From Candidatus Humicultor tengchongensis (GTDB lineage Bacteria > Sysuimicrobiota > Sysuimicrobiia > Sysuimicrobiales > Humicultoraceae): a DNA stretch of 64,000 nucleotides. A model generated the notes under the pieces. That model worked only from the letters and a program-made list of their open reading frames with translations, had not been told where the DNA came from and searched no databases. Position numbers and translations under genes: made by a program. Of the stretch, positions 17,188-27,330 are shown in pieces (positions within the stretch are counted from its first letter, which is position 1; each line of letters opens with the position of its first letter). The stretch spans positions 596 through 64,595 of the forward strand of contig JAVKIA010000002.1 of assembly GCA_031459715.1 (NCBI GenBank), given 5' to 3'.

Positions 17188-17575
17188 ACGAATCTCCAGA
17201 GACTCTGCGGTCACGCCCTCGCCCCTATACAGCCTGGCAGCGCCTGCATGCGGTTTATCGGCCCGAGCGGGATGGGTTTGCGGGCAGCAGGGGTGGCCCC
17301 GAGAACTCCAGTCGCGGCCGAAACCGGCCCTTCCTGGGGCCGCACTGAGGCCGGCAGCCCCTAACTCCGCAGCGGTACCCTCTTTTACTCCTGGTCCCTT
17401 GAGTGGATGCCGACCTACTCTTCGCACCCGATACAAATCAGCCGCCTATTCGATACCTGGCGACGGCTTCCAACCCGGATAATGCCTCTGGGGAGACTGC
17501 CGCGTGGCGCGCCCGGGGGCATGCGCCCGCGGCAGCCCGTACCAGCAGGCGAGCGCGCCGGCGTATGGTGCCGCG

Positions 17576-18346
17576 ATGAAGCTGGCGGTCTCCGGCAAGG
17601 GCGGCGTCGGCAAGACGACGGTGTCCGCCCTCCTGGCCTCTGAGCTGGCGGCGCGGGGGTTCCGCGTTACGGCCATCGATGCCGATCCCAACCCCACCCT
17701 GGCCGCCCTGCTGGGGTTCCCCCTCCCGCCTCCTGTCTCGCTGCTGGACCTGCGGGCCGAAATCGAGGAGCGCGTGGGCCCCCCGGGGGGCCTGATCCGC
17801 CTCAACCCCCGCGTGGACGACCTGGTGGAGCGCGTCGCTGCCACCTTTGGTGGAGTGCAGCTCATCGTGGCCGGAGCCATTAGCCGTGGCGGGGCCGGGT
17901 GCGCCTGCCCGCAGAACGTCCTGCTGCGCCGTCTGCTGGACCACGTGGTCCTGGAGCGCAACGAGGCAGTGGTCGTCGACCTGGAGGCCGGCCTGGAGCA
18001 CCTGGGCAGGCGCAGCGCCCAGGCCGCCGACGCCCTGCTGGTGGTAGTGGACGCCAGCCGGGCCAGCCTGGAGACGGCGGCCCGCATCAGACGCCTGGCC
18101 GGGGAGATCGGCATCCCCCGCACCTTCGCCGTGGCCAACAAGGTCCGCGGGCCGGAGGAGGAGAGCTGGATTGCCTCCGGCCTGCAGGACAGCGAGCTCG
18201 TCGCCACCATCCCCTACAGCGAGGCCCTGGCCCGGGCGGAGCGGGCGGGGGAGCGGGCCGCCGCAGCCGACGCTGCTGTGGCCGCGGCGGCAGCACGGCT
18301 GGTGGACGCCCTGCAGACGCGATGCGAACGGAGGGTGAACGTATGA
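17576..18346 (+). CDS. cooC: CO dehydrogenase nickel-insertion accessory ATPase (MinD/ParA family)
   Basis: MKLAVSGKGGVGKTT deviant Walker A. Immediately upstream of cooS with an ATGA overlap. Confidence 0.85.
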   Translation: MKLAVSGKGGVGKTTVSALLASELAARGFRVTAIDADPNPTLAALLGFPLPPPVSLLDLRAEIEERVGPPGGLIRLNPRVDDLVERVAATFGGVQLIVAGAISRGGAGCACPQNVLLRRLLDHVVLERNEAVVVDLEAGLEHLGRRSAQAADALLVVVDASRASLETAARIRRLAGEIGIPRTFAVANKVRGPEEESWIASGLQDSELVATIPYSEALARAERAGERAAAADAAVAAAAARLVDALQTRCERRVNV

Positions 18347-20277
18347 CCTACGAAGGGCAGCGGTCCGTGCGCACCGACCCGGCCAGCCTCGAGATCCGTG
18401 AACGTGCCAGAGCCCAACGCATTCCCACCATCTGGGACCGCTATGCCGCCCTGGGCTCCCAGTGCAGGGTGGGTGAGCTGGGGATCTGCTGCACCATCTG
18501 CCACCTGGGGCCGTGCAACCTGGGCCTGCCCGGGAGCAAGCGGCCGCAGGTGGGGGTATGCGGCGCCGGCATCGACACCGTGGCCGCGCGCCGCCTGGCG
18601 CGGGACATGGCCGCGGGGTCGGCCGCCCACTCCGATCACGGCCGGGGCGTGGCCCACCTGCTGCTGCTGGCAGCCCGGGGTGAAGCCCCCGGCTACGGGG
18701 TCAGGGACGAGCGCAAGCTGCGCGCCCTGGCGACGGAGCTGGGTGTGGCCCAGGACGGCCGCCCGGTCAACGAGGTGGCACAGGAGGTGGCCCTAGCCTG
18801 CCTGGCTCAGTTCGGCCGGCAGGAGGGGCCGGTGGCCTTCGCCCGCCGCGCCCCAGCCCGGCAGCAGGAGATCTGGCAGCGCCTGGGCATCATCCCCCGG
18901 GGAATCGACCGGGAGATCGTAGAGGTGATGCATCGCACCAACATGGGGGTGGACAACGACTACCGCAGCATCGTCCTGGCGGGGATGCGCAGCGCCCTGG
19001 CCGACGGCTGGGGAGGTTCGATGATCGCCACTGACCTGCAGGACGTGCTCTTCGGCACCCCCCGGCCACTGCGCGCCCAGATGAACCTGGGCGTGCTGCG
19101 GGCCGATCAGGTGAACATCCTGGTCCACGGGCACGAGCCGCAACTGGCCGAGGCTGTAGCCGATGCCGCCGGGGACCCGGAGCTGCTGGCCCAGGCCAGG
19201 GCGCTGGGAGCCAGCGGGATAAACGTAGCGGGCATCTGCTGCACCGCTAATGAGATCCTTATGCGCCGCGGGATCCCCCTGGCCGGCAACTTTCTGCAGC
19301 AGGAGCTGGCCCTGGTAACCGGCGCCGTGGAGGCCTTCCTGGTGGACGTGCAGTGCATCATGCCCGGGCTGGTGGATGTGGCCTCCTGCTTCCACACCGA
19401 GCTCATCGCCACCTCACGCCAGGCGCGCTTCCCCGGCATGGTACACATCGAGCTCTCCGAGGACCGTGCGCCGGAGGTGGCCCGCCAGATCGTGGCCCGC
19501 GCCGTGGCCAACTACGCCCGCCGTGATCCCGGCCGCGTGGTCATCCCCGACCACAAGATGGACGTGGTGGCCGGCTTCACCACCGAGTCCATCACCCACA
19601 TCCTGGGTGGACGCTACCGCGGGGGCTGGCGTCCCTTGAATGACGGCATCATCGCCGGCCGCATCCGCGGCGTGGTGGGCGTGGTGGGGTGCGACTCCCC
19701 CAAGCAGGTGCAGGACCAGGGGCACCTGGACCTGGTCTACGAGCTGCTGGCGCGCGACGTCCTGGTGGTGCAGACCGGCTGCTCGGCCATTGCCTGCGGT
19801 AAAGCGGGGCTGCTGCAGCCTGAGGCGGCCTTCCGTCATGCCGGGAGGGGGCTGCGGGAGATCTGCGAGGCCACCGGCATCCCCCCGGTCCTGCACACCG
19901 GGTCATGCGTGGATAACAGCCGCATCCTCACCGCCTGCATGGAGATGGTGAAGGAGGGCGGCATCGGCCGCTCCTTCGACGAGCTCCCGGTGGCCGCGGC
20001 CGCGCCGGGGTGGTGGTCGGAGAAGGCCATCGCCATCGGGTTCTACGCCGTAGCTTCGGGGATCTTCACCGTCCTGGGCTCCCCCTTCAACATCCTGGGC
20101 AGCGAGGCCCTCACCCACTTCGTCACCGAGGAGCTGGAGGGGCTGGTGGGCGGGAAATTCGCCTTCGAGCCCGACCCGGCAAAGGCGGCGCAGCTCATCG
20201 TGGCCCACCTGGACCGCAAGCGCCAGGCCCTGAAGCTGCGGCCGATGATGTACGAGGCTGTTCCCGTGGGGGCCTAG
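18343..20277 (+). CDS. cooS: carbon monoxide dehydrogenase catalytic subunit (CODH component of CODH/ACS)
   Basis: GICCTICHLGPCNLG (B/D-cluster Cys motifs), GVCGAG, HSDHGR. About 644 aa. Confidence 0.9.
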   Translation: MTYEGQRSVRTDPASLEIRERARAQRIPTIWDRYAALGSQCRVGELGICCTICHLGPCNLGLPGSKRPQVGVCGAGIDTVAARRLARDMAAGSAAHSDHGRGVAHLLLLAARGEAPGYGVRDERKLRALATELGVAQDGRPVNEVAQEVALACLAQFGRQEGPVAFARRAPARQQEIWQRLGIIPRGIDREIVEVMHRTNMGVDNDYRSIVLAGMRSALADGWGGSMIATDLQDVLFGTPRPLRAQMNLGVLRADQVNILVHGHEPQLAEAVADAAGDPELLAQARALGASGINVAGICCTANEILMRRGIPLAGNFLQQELALVTGAVEAFLVDVQCIMPGLVDVASCFHTELIATSRQARFPGMVHIELSEDRAPEVARQIVARAVANYARRDPGRVVIPDHKMDVVAGFTTESITHILGGRYRGGWRPLNDGIIAGRIRGVVGVVGCDSPKQVQDQGHLDLVYELLARDVLVVQTGCSAIACGKAGLLQPEAAFRHAGRGLREICEATGIPPVLHTGSCVDNSRILTACMEMVKEGGIGRSFDELPVAAAAPGWWSEKAIAIGFYAVASGIFTVLGSPFNILGSEALTHFVTEELEGLVGGKFAFEPDPAKAAQLIVAHLDRKRQALKLRPMMYEAVPVGA

Positions 20278-20370
20278 GAGATGTCCGGGAGATCTCACCT
20301 CAGGAAGGCCCGCGGCCCGCAGAGTTCGCAGCGCGGGTGTTGGGAGTGAGTGAGCCGCAGGAGGGATGCG

Positions 20371-22557
20371 ATGTCACGGATCATCGCCACCGCCGCCATC
20401 AAGGGGGCGCACGGGTACGTGGAGGAGGCGGAGCACCGGCTGGCCGCCGCCATGGAGGCCCACGGGGGCGGCATGCGGCTGGAGTTCCCCAATACCGCCT
20501 TCTACCTGCCGCTCATCTACGCGCTCACCGGCATAAAGGTGAGGACCCTGGAGCAGGCGCGGGAGCCGCTGCGCATCGCCCGCTCCCTGCTGCCGTCGGT
20601 CCCCACCGACCGGCTGTGGCTCCCCTACCTGGGCGACGCCCTGGATGCGGGAGTGGCCACCCTGATCGCCCAGGAGATCATCGAGGCCATCCGGTACGCC
20701 ACAGAGGGGCCGCCGGGCGGCATCTGGCTGGGATTCACCGACGACGCCATCCTGCGCACGCAGGGGATCAAGCTGGTGGACGGGCGCATGCCCGGGTTCG
20801 CCGCCTGCGTGGGGGCCATGCCCACCGTGGAGGCGGCGGTGCGCCTGGCCCGCGAGCTGCAGGAGCGCAACATTCTGGTCTTCCTCTCCAGCCACACCAA
20901 CGGCGCCAGCATGGCGGAGCAGCTGGCGGAAGCCGGGGTGGAGATGAGCTGGGACACCTACCTGGTACCCTACGGCAAGGAGACCAGCGCCACCGTCCAC
21001 GCCCTCAACTTTGCCGCCCGCGCGGCCATGACTTTTGGCGGCATCACCCCAGGCGACCTGCTCAAGGCGCGGGAGATCCTCCTGTACAACAAGGCTCGTG
21101 TCCACGCCTTCGTGCTAGCCCTGGGCGAGGTAGACGAGGAGAAGTACGCCACTGCGGCGGGAGCCATCAACTTTGGCTTCCCCGTCATCGCCGACACCCC
21201 CATCCCCCAGATCCTGCCCAGCGGCATCTGCACCTACGAGCACGTGGTGAGCAATGTCCCCCACGACCAGCTGGTGCCCAGGGCCATCGAGGTCCGCGGG
21301 CTGAAGCTGAAGATCACCAGGGTGCCCATCCCCGTCCCCTACAGCGCCGCCTTCGAAGGGGAGCGTGTGCGCAAGGAGCAGCTGCACGTGGAGTTCGGAC
21401 GACAGCTGGCTCCGGCCTTCGAGTACCTGCGGGGGCGGGAGATGTCCGAGGTGGAGGACGGGCGCATCGAGGTCATCGGGCCGGACATCGACACCGCCCA
21501 GGTGGGCGGGGCCATGCCCCTGGGAATTCTGGTTGAAGTGGCGGGGCGCAAGTTGCAGAAGGACTTCGAACCCATCCTGGAGCGTCAGATCCACCGTTTC
21601 ATCAACGGGGCCATGGGTGTCATGCACATCGGGCAGCGGGACATCCCCTGGATCCGCATCAGCCAGGACACCTTCAAGGCGGGGTTCCGCCTGCGCCACT
21701 TCGGGGACATCCTCTACGCCAAGTACCACGAAGAGTACCCGGCGCTGGTGGACAAAGTGCAGGTGACCATCTACTCGGAGCCGGAGGCGATCCTGCGCAT
21801 CCTGGAGGAGGCGCGCGCGGTGTGGGACGAGCGGGATGCCCGCGTGGCCGGCATGACCGACGAGACGGTGGACGTCTTCTACTCCTGCACCCTCTGCCAG
21901 TCCTATGCGCCCAACCACGTCTGCATCATTACCCCGGAGCGGTTGGGGCTGTGCGGCGCCTACAACTGGCTGGACGGCAAGGCCTCGTACGAGATCAACC
22001 CCGCCGGACCCAACCAGCCGGTGGAAAAGGGCGCCTGCCTCGACCCTGTCCTGGGGATGTACGAGAGCATCAACCAGTTCGTCTACGCCAAGTCCAACAA
22101 GACCGTGGAGCAGGTCAGCCTCTACTCCATGATCCAGTTCCCCATGACCTCCTGCGGCTGCTTCGAGTGCATCATGGCCCTGGTCCCCGAGGTGAACGGG
22201 GTGATGGTGGTCAACCGGGAGTACACGGGGATGACCCCGGTGGGCATGACCTTCAGCACGCTGGCGGGGATGGTTGGGGGCGGAGTGCAAACCCCCGGGT
22301 TCCTGGGGGTAGGCCGCCTCTACCTGACCAGCCGGAAGTTCATCCCCGCCGATGGCGGGTTCCCTCGCCTGGTGTGGATGCCCCGGGAATTGAAGGAGGC
22401 GCTGCGGGACCGGTTGCTGGTGCGGGCGCGGGAGCTGGGTGACGAGACGCTGGTGGACAAGATCGCCGACGAGACCGTGGCCACCACCGTGGAGGAGCTG
22501 CGGGCCCACCTGGAGCGCGTGGGGCATCCGGCGCTGGCCATGCCCGCACTGCTGTGA
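20371..22557 (+). CDS. acsB: acetyl-CoA synthase catalytic subunit (A-cluster)
   Basis: EFPNTAFYLPLIYALTG N-terminal region. SCGCFECIMAL (Cys-Gly-Cys Ni-binding motif). 728 aa. AGGAGGG before the ATG. Confidence 0.9.
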   Translation: MSRIIATAAIKGAHGYVEEAEHRLAAAMEAHGGGMRLEFPNTAFYLPLIYALTGIKVRTLEQAREPLRIARSLLPSVPTDRLWLPYLGDALDAGVATLIAQEIIEAIRYATEGPPGGIWLGFTDDAILRTQGIKLVDGRMPGFAACVGAMPTVEAAVRLARELQERNILVFLSSHTNGASMAEQLAEAGVEMSWDTYLVPYGKETSATVHALNFAARAAMTFGGITPGDLLKAREILLYNKARVHAFVLALGEVDEEKYATAAGAINFGFPVIADTPIPQILPSGICTYEHVVSNVPHDQLVPRAIEVRGLKLKITRVPIPVPYSAAFEGERVRKEQLHVEFGRQLAPAFEYLRGREMSEVEDGRIEVIGPDIDTAQVGGAMPLGILVEVAGRKLQKDFEPILERQIHRFINGAMGVMHIGQRDIPWIRISQDTFKAGFRLRHFGDILYAKYHEEYPALVDKVQVTIYSEPEAILRILEEARAVWDERDARVAGMTDETVDVFYSCTLCQSYAPNHVCIITPERLGLCGAYNWLDGKASYEINPAGPNQPVEKGACLDPVLGMYESINQFVYAKSNKTVEQVSLYSMIQFPMTSCGCFECIMALVPEVNGVMVVNREYTGMTPVGMTFSTLAGMVGGGVQTPGFLGVGRLYLTSRKFIPADGGFPRLVWMPRELKEALRDRLLVRARELGDETLVDKIADETVATTVEELRAHLERVGHPALAMPALL

Positions 22558-22635
22558 CTGCGGGATCCAGGATGCCGGCCCGGCGAGGATTCGTGGTCCC
22601 GGCAAATTCGCCAGGCCAATCTGTGGAGTGAATGG

Positions 22636-23988
22636 ATGCCGCTGACCGCGCTGGACATCTACAAGCTTCTGCCCAAAACCAACTGCGGGGAGTGTGGCTT
22701 CCCCACCTGCCTGGCCTTCGCCATGCAGCTGGCCACCAAGAAGGCGGCCATCGATGCCTGCCCCTACGCCAGCGATGACGCCAAGGCCACCCTGGCCGGT
22801 GCCGCGGCGCCGCCCATCCGTCTGGTTGCCTTTGGTCCCCCGGGGCGGCGGATCGAGCTGGGGAGGGAGACCGTGCTCTTCCGCCACGAAGAGACCTTCT
22901 ACCACCCGCCGGCCATCGCCGTGCGCCTGCAGGCGGACCGGCCGTCGGAGGAGCTGCGGGCGGAGCTGCAGCGGGTGGCGTCGCTGCAGTTCGAGCGGGT
23001 GGGGCAGGTACTGCGGGTGGAGGCGGTGGCCCTGGAGCACGCCGACGGCGCCGAGCCGTTTGTTGCCGCGGCTCGGGAGGCGGACGCTGCCGGGCTGGCG
23101 CTGCTCCTGTGCAGCGACGACCCGTCTGTGCTGGACGCCGCGGCCAGCGCGGTGGCGGCCAGCCGACCGGTTCTCTACGCCGCCACCGCCAGCAACTGGG
23201 AGGCCATGGCCCAGGTGGCCAGGAAGCACGGCTGTCCCCTGGCCGTGCGGGGGCAGGACCTGCAGGAGCTGGCCGACCTGACCCCCCGGCTGATGGCGGC
23301 GGGGGTGAGCGACCTGTTGCTGGACAGCGGTGCGCGGGGTCAGGCGGCCACCCTGGCAGACCTCACCCAGATTCGCCGCCTGGCCCTGCGCAAGCTCTTC
23401 CGCCCTCTGGGCTACCCGGCCCTGGCCTTCGTGACGTCGGAGGACCCCCTGACCCAGGTGGTGGAAGGGACGGCGTACATCTGCAAGTACGCAGCGGTGG
23501 TGGTTACGCCAGCGCTGCAGCCCTGGCAGGCGCTGGCGCTGGTGACCGCGCGCCAGAACATCTACACCGACCCGCAGAAGCCTATCCAGGTGGAGCCGGG
23601 GATCCACACCGTGGGTGCCCCTGATGCGGACTCGCCCGTCCTGGTCACCACCAACTTCTCCCTCACCTACTTCACGGTGGAGGCAGACACCGAGGCCAGC
23701 CGCCTCCCCGCCTGGATGGTGGTGGTGAACACGGAGGGCCAGTCAGTGATGACGGCGTGGGCGGCGGACAAGTTCAACGCCGAGACCATCGCCAAGACGG
23801 TGGAGTCGTCAGGCATCGCCGAGCGGGTGAAGCACCGCCGGCTGATCATCCCCGGGGGTGTGGCCGCCATCAGCGGCAAGCTGGAGGAGCTGTGCGGCTG
23901 GCAGGTCATGGTAGGGCCGCGGGAGTCGGCGGGAATCCCGGCTTTCCTGCGGACGCATTGGAAGCAGGTGGCCACCGCGGCCTCCTAG
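22636..23988 (+). CDS. acsC: corrinoid iron-sulfur protein large subunit
   Basis: LPKTNCGECGFPTCLAFAMQLA (N-terminal 4Fe-4S). About 450 aa. Confidence 0.9.
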   Translation: MPLTALDIYKLLPKTNCGECGFPTCLAFAMQLATKKAAIDACPYASDDAKATLAGAAAPPIRLVAFGPPGRRIELGRETVLFRHEETFYHPPAIAVRLQADRPSEELRAELQRVASLQFERVGQVLRVEAVALEHADGAEPFVAAAREADAAGLALLLCSDDPSVLDAAASAVAASRPVLYAATASNWEAMAQVARKHGCPLAVRGQDLQELADLTPRLMAAGVSDLLLDSGARGQAATLADLTQIRRLALRKLFRPLGYPALAFVTSEDPLTQVVEGTAYICKYAAVVVTPALQPWQALALVTARQNIYTDPQKPIQVEPGIHTVGAPDADSPVLVTTNFSLTYFTVEADTEASRLPAWMVVVNTEGQSVMTAWAADKFNAETIAKTVESSGIAERVKHRRLIIPGGVAAISGKLEELCGWQVMVGPRESAGIPAFLRTHWKQVATAAS

Positions 23989-23992
23989 GGAG

Positions 23993-25915
23993 ATGAACTC
24001 GGTGGAAGCGCCACCGACCGTCACCTTCCAGCCAGACGGACGCAGCGTGACCGTGGAGGCGGGGCAGACCCTGCTGGATGCGGCCGCTGCCGCCGGCATC
24101 CCGCTGAACAGCGTCTGCGGGGGGCGGGGGATCTGCCAGCGCTGCCGCATGCACGTGCTGAGCGGGGATCTGGAGGTGGAGGCGGCGGGCCGGGTGGACG
24201 GGGCGGTCCTGGCCTGCCTCTCCCGGGTGCGCGGGGACGTGGTGGTGGAGGTGCCCTCCGCCTCGCGCATCGAGGGGGAGCAGATCCTCACCGGGGCGGA
24301 GCGGGGGATCGGGCCGTTCCTGCCCATTCCGGAGGAGCAGATGGCGCTGCCCCGCGCCGCCGGTCTTTTCGTCCCCAGCCCGCTGGCCTTTGCCCTCCCC
24401 CTGGACCTCCCCGTCCCCACGCTGCACGACAGCGTCAGCGACATGCAGCGCCTCACCCGGGAGCTGCGGCGGCAACGCAACATCCGCGAGGTGACCATCC
24501 CCCTGGAGGTGCTGCGTGCCCTGCCCCGGGTGGTGCGCCAGGGGGAGTGGACGGTCACGGCGCTCCTGGCGCGGGCTGATGGCGGCTACCAGCTGATAGA
24601 CCTGCGGCCCGGGGCGGCCCCCCGCGCCTTCGGGGTGGCCGTGGACGTGGGCACCACCACCGTGGTGGTGCACCTGGTGGACCTGACCGCCGGGACGACG
24701 CTTGGGGCGGCGGCCGCTCTGAACCGCCAGATCCCCTACGGCGACGATGTCATCTCCCGGATCATCCACGCCGGGGAGCCGGCCGGCCTGGAGCGGCTGC
24801 GCACCGCCGCCCTGGAGACGATCAACCTGCTGATCGGCGGGCTGGCTAAGGTGCACCGCGTCGGACGCGAGGAGATCATCGGCGCAGTCTGCGCCGGCAA
24901 CACCACCATGCTGCACCTGCTGCTGGGGCTGCCTCCCGCGGAGATCCGCCGCGAGCCTTACATCCCCGCGGCCACTGCCTCCCTGACCTATCGGGCGGGG
25001 GAAGTGGGGCTGCGCATCCACCCCCGGGCCCTGGTGGCCACCATGCCGGGAGTCTCCAGCTACGTGGGCGGGGACATCACCGCCGACGTGCTCGCCGCCG
25101 GTATGGATGGCAGCGAGGAGCTGTCCATGCTCATCGACGTGGGCACCAACGGCGAGACGGTGATCGGCAACCGGGAGTTCCTGGTCTGCTGCGCCTGCTC
25201 CGCCGGGCCCGCCTTCGAAGGTGGCGGGATTACCTGGGGGATGCGCGCGGCCCGAGGGGCCATCCAGCGGGTGGAGGTCACCCCCCAGGGGACGCTGGCC
25301 TGGACCACCATCGGGGGCGCCCGGCCCCGAGGCCTGTGTGGGTCGGGGCTGGTGGACCTGCTGGCCGAGCTGCTGCGGGCCGGCTATCTGGACCGGGGAG
25401 GGCGGCTGGTGGCGGATGCTCCGCCAGTCCGCCGGGGTCCCGACGGCCTGGAGGTGCTGGTGGTCCCCGCGTCCCAGACCGCCACGGGGGCGGACATCGT
25501 CCTCACCGCCGCCGACATCGAGAACCTGCTGCGGGCCAAGGCTGCCGTCTTCGCCGGCGCCGCCCTCCTGGCCCGACGGCTGGGGATCGCCATGGGAGAC
25601 ATCCAGCGCGTCTACGTGGCCGGTGGGTTCGGCACCTACCTGGACGTGCGAAAGGCCATCCGCATCGGCCTCTTGCCCGACGTCCCCCCCGAGCGGGTGG
25701 TCTTCATTGGCAACGGCTCGGTGGCCGGCGCCAAGATGACCCTGCTCTCATACGAGGTGTGGCGGCGCGCCGTGGAGGTGGCGCAGAAGATGACCTACCG
25801 CGAGCTCTCCACCGACCCGGCCTTCATGGAGGAGTACGTCTCCGCCATGTTCCTGCCCCACACGGACTGTGCCCGCTTCCCCCGCGCCTGTGCGGAGCTG
25901 GGGATGCAGGTCTGA
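23993..25915 (+). CDS. reductive activator of corrinoid Fe-S protein (RACo): 2Fe-2S ferredoxin domain plus ASKHA ATPase
   Basis: N-terminal plant-type ferredoxin (SVCGGRGICQRCRMHV). Long ASKHA-like C-terminal domain. Position between acsC and acsF as in known acs clusters. Confidence 0.75.
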   Translation: MNSVEAPPTVTFQPDGRSVTVEAGQTLLDAAAAAGIPLNSVCGGRGICQRCRMHVLSGDLEVEAAGRVDGAVLACLSRVRGDVVVEVPSASRIEGEQILTGAERGIGPFLPIPEEQMALPRAAGLFVPSPLAFALPLDLPVPTLHDSVSDMQRLTRELRRQRNIREVTIPLEVLRALPRVVRQGEWTVTALLARADGGYQLIDLRPGAAPRAFGVAVDVGTTTVVVHLVDLTAGTTLGAAAALNRQIPYGDDVISRIIHAGEPAGLERLRTAALETINLLIGGLAKVHRVGREEIIGAVCAGNTTMLHLLLGLPPAEIRREPYIPAATASLTYRAGEVGLRIHPRALVATMPGVSSYVGGDITADVLAAGMDGSEELSMLIDVGTNGETVIGNREFLVCCACSAGPAFEGGGITWGMRAARGAIQRVEVTPQGTLAWTTIGGARPRGLCGSGLVDLLAELLRAGYLDRGGRLVADAPPVRRGPDGLEVLVVPASQTATGADIVLTAADIENLLRAKAAVFAGAALLARRLGIAMGDIQRVYVAGGFGTYLDVRKAIRIGLLPDVPPERVVFIGNGSVAGAKMTLLSYEVWRRAVEVAQKMTYRELSTDPAFMEEYVSAMFLPHTDCARFPRACAELGMQV

Positions 25916-25924
25916 GGTGCCGGG

Positions 25925-26689
25925 ATGCCCTTCGTCTACGCGGTGGCCGGAAAGGGAGGAACAGGGAAGAGCACTCTGGCCGCGCTGATCGTGCGCGGGC
26001 TGCGCCGGGCGGGCCGCGTCCCCATCCTGGCCGTGGACGCCGACCCCAACACCACCCTGGATGCCGCGCTGGGATTGCGACCCGCCCGCACCATCTCCGA
26101 CGTCCTGGACGCCACCAGGGGGATGCGCGAGGTGCCCGGCAATATGCCGCGGACGGTCTACCTGGAGTACCAGCTGGCGGATTGCCTGGCGGAGGGACGG
26201 GGCGTGGACCTGATCGTCATGGGGCGCCCTGAAGGGGCGGGGTGCTACTGCGCCGCCAACCACCTGTTGCGGGAGCACCTGGACCGGCTGACAGCCGGCT
26301 ACCCCTACGTGGTCATGGACAACGCCGCCGGCATGGAGCACCTCAGCCGGCGGACCACCCGCGACGTCGACCTCCTCCTCATTGTCAGCGCCCCTACCCC
26401 AGGCGGTCTGCGCGCTGCCCGCCGCATCCAGGCGCTGGTGGGCGAGCTGGACCTGGCGGTACGGGAGATGGCCCTGGTGCTGAACCGCGCCGACGCCGTC
26501 CCCCCGAACGTCGCCCAGGAGATCGCGGCAAGCGGGCTGCGGCTGGCAGGGACCATTCCCGAGGACCCCCAGGTCGCCGCCTGCGATCTGGAAGGGCGCC
26601 CCCTGCTCGACCTCCCCGACGACGCCCCGGCCGTGGTGGCGGTGGAGACGATGCTGGCCACGGTACACGGTGCGGGGGTGGCGCGGTGA
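25925..26689 (+). CDS. acsF: ACS nickel-insertion accessory ATPase (CooC paralog)
   Basis: VAGKGGTGKSTLAAL Walker A. MinD/ParA family. Acs-cluster position. Confidence 0.8.
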   Translation: MPFVYAVAGKGGTGKSTLAALIVRGLRRAGRVPILAVDADPNTTLDAALGLRPARTISDVLDATRGMREVPGNMPRTVYLEYQLADCLAEGRGVDLIVMGRPEGAGCYCAANHLLREHLDRLTAGYPYVVMDNAAGMEHLSRRTTRDVDLLLIVSAPTPGGLRAARRIQALVGELDLAVREMALVLNRADAVPPNVAQEIAASGLRLAGTIPEDPQVAACDLEGRPLLDLPDDAPAVVAVETMLATVHGAGVAR

Positions 26690-27297
26690 GCGTCTACTTC
26701 TCCACCTACGAGGGCCTGCGGGCACGGCTGAGCCAGCACTCCCCGGCCCGCCTGGCCGGCCGCAGCGGCGCTGTCCTCCTGGGCGAGGGCCGGCTGGCCC
26801 TGCGATGCGCCGGGCGGGACTACGTCGTCACCTATCCGGACGGGATGGTGCTGGACGCGGGGGGCGGCCCGGCGGACGTCTCCGTGGCCATCCTCCTGCT
26901 GCTCTACCTGCTGGAGGCCACGGGGGTCCTGGAGCGTGGGGAGTGGATCTCCTTCGAGCAGCTTCCCGGCGGCGCCGGCTACCTGGCCTCCTTCCGCAGC
27001 CGGGTGGTGCAGCCGATTCTGAAGACCTTCGGTCCAGCGCCGGAGCGGCTGCTTACGGCGGCGCGGGCGCTGGACGGGGAGCCCCTGACGCTGGGGGATG
27101 TGGCGGTGCGCATCCCGGCGCTGCCCCGCGTCCCCATCGCCTACGTGCTGTGGCGCGGGGACGAGGAGTTTCCCCCCAGCGTCTCTGTGGTCTTCGACGG
27201 CTCGGTGGAAGGGTATCTGGACGCGGAGGTGCTCACCGCCCTGGCCGAGCTAGTCAGCCGCCGGCTGGTCGCCGCTGCGGGAGGCGGGAAGACGTGA
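26686..27297 (+). CDS. DUF3786-like acs-cluster-associated protein
   Basis: GTG 26686 overlaps the acsF TGA (GTGA). No catalytic motif. Assignment rests on position and recalled family resemblance only. Confidence 0.4.
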   Translation: MSVYFSTYEGLRARLSQHSPARLAGRSGAVLLGEGRLALRCAGRDYVVTYPDGMVLDAGGGPADVSVAILLLLYLLEATGVLERGEWISFEQLPGGAGYLASFRSRVVQPILKTFGPAPERLLTAARALDGEPLTLGDVAVRIPALPRVPIAYVLWRGDEEFPPSVSVVFDGSVEGYLDAEVLTALAELVSRRLVAAAGGGKT

Positions 27298-27330
27298 GCG
27301 CGGCCTCAGAGAGCGGGAAGGAGTGAGCGC

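Noticed and set aside
17029-17436. 135-aa minus-strand ORF as an independent gene
   Set aside because: The N-terminal two thirds are Gly/Ala/Arg-rich noise. Only the C-terminal coiled-coil part is plausible, and it connects through the C8 tract to the TM-bearing ORF 16920..17165.
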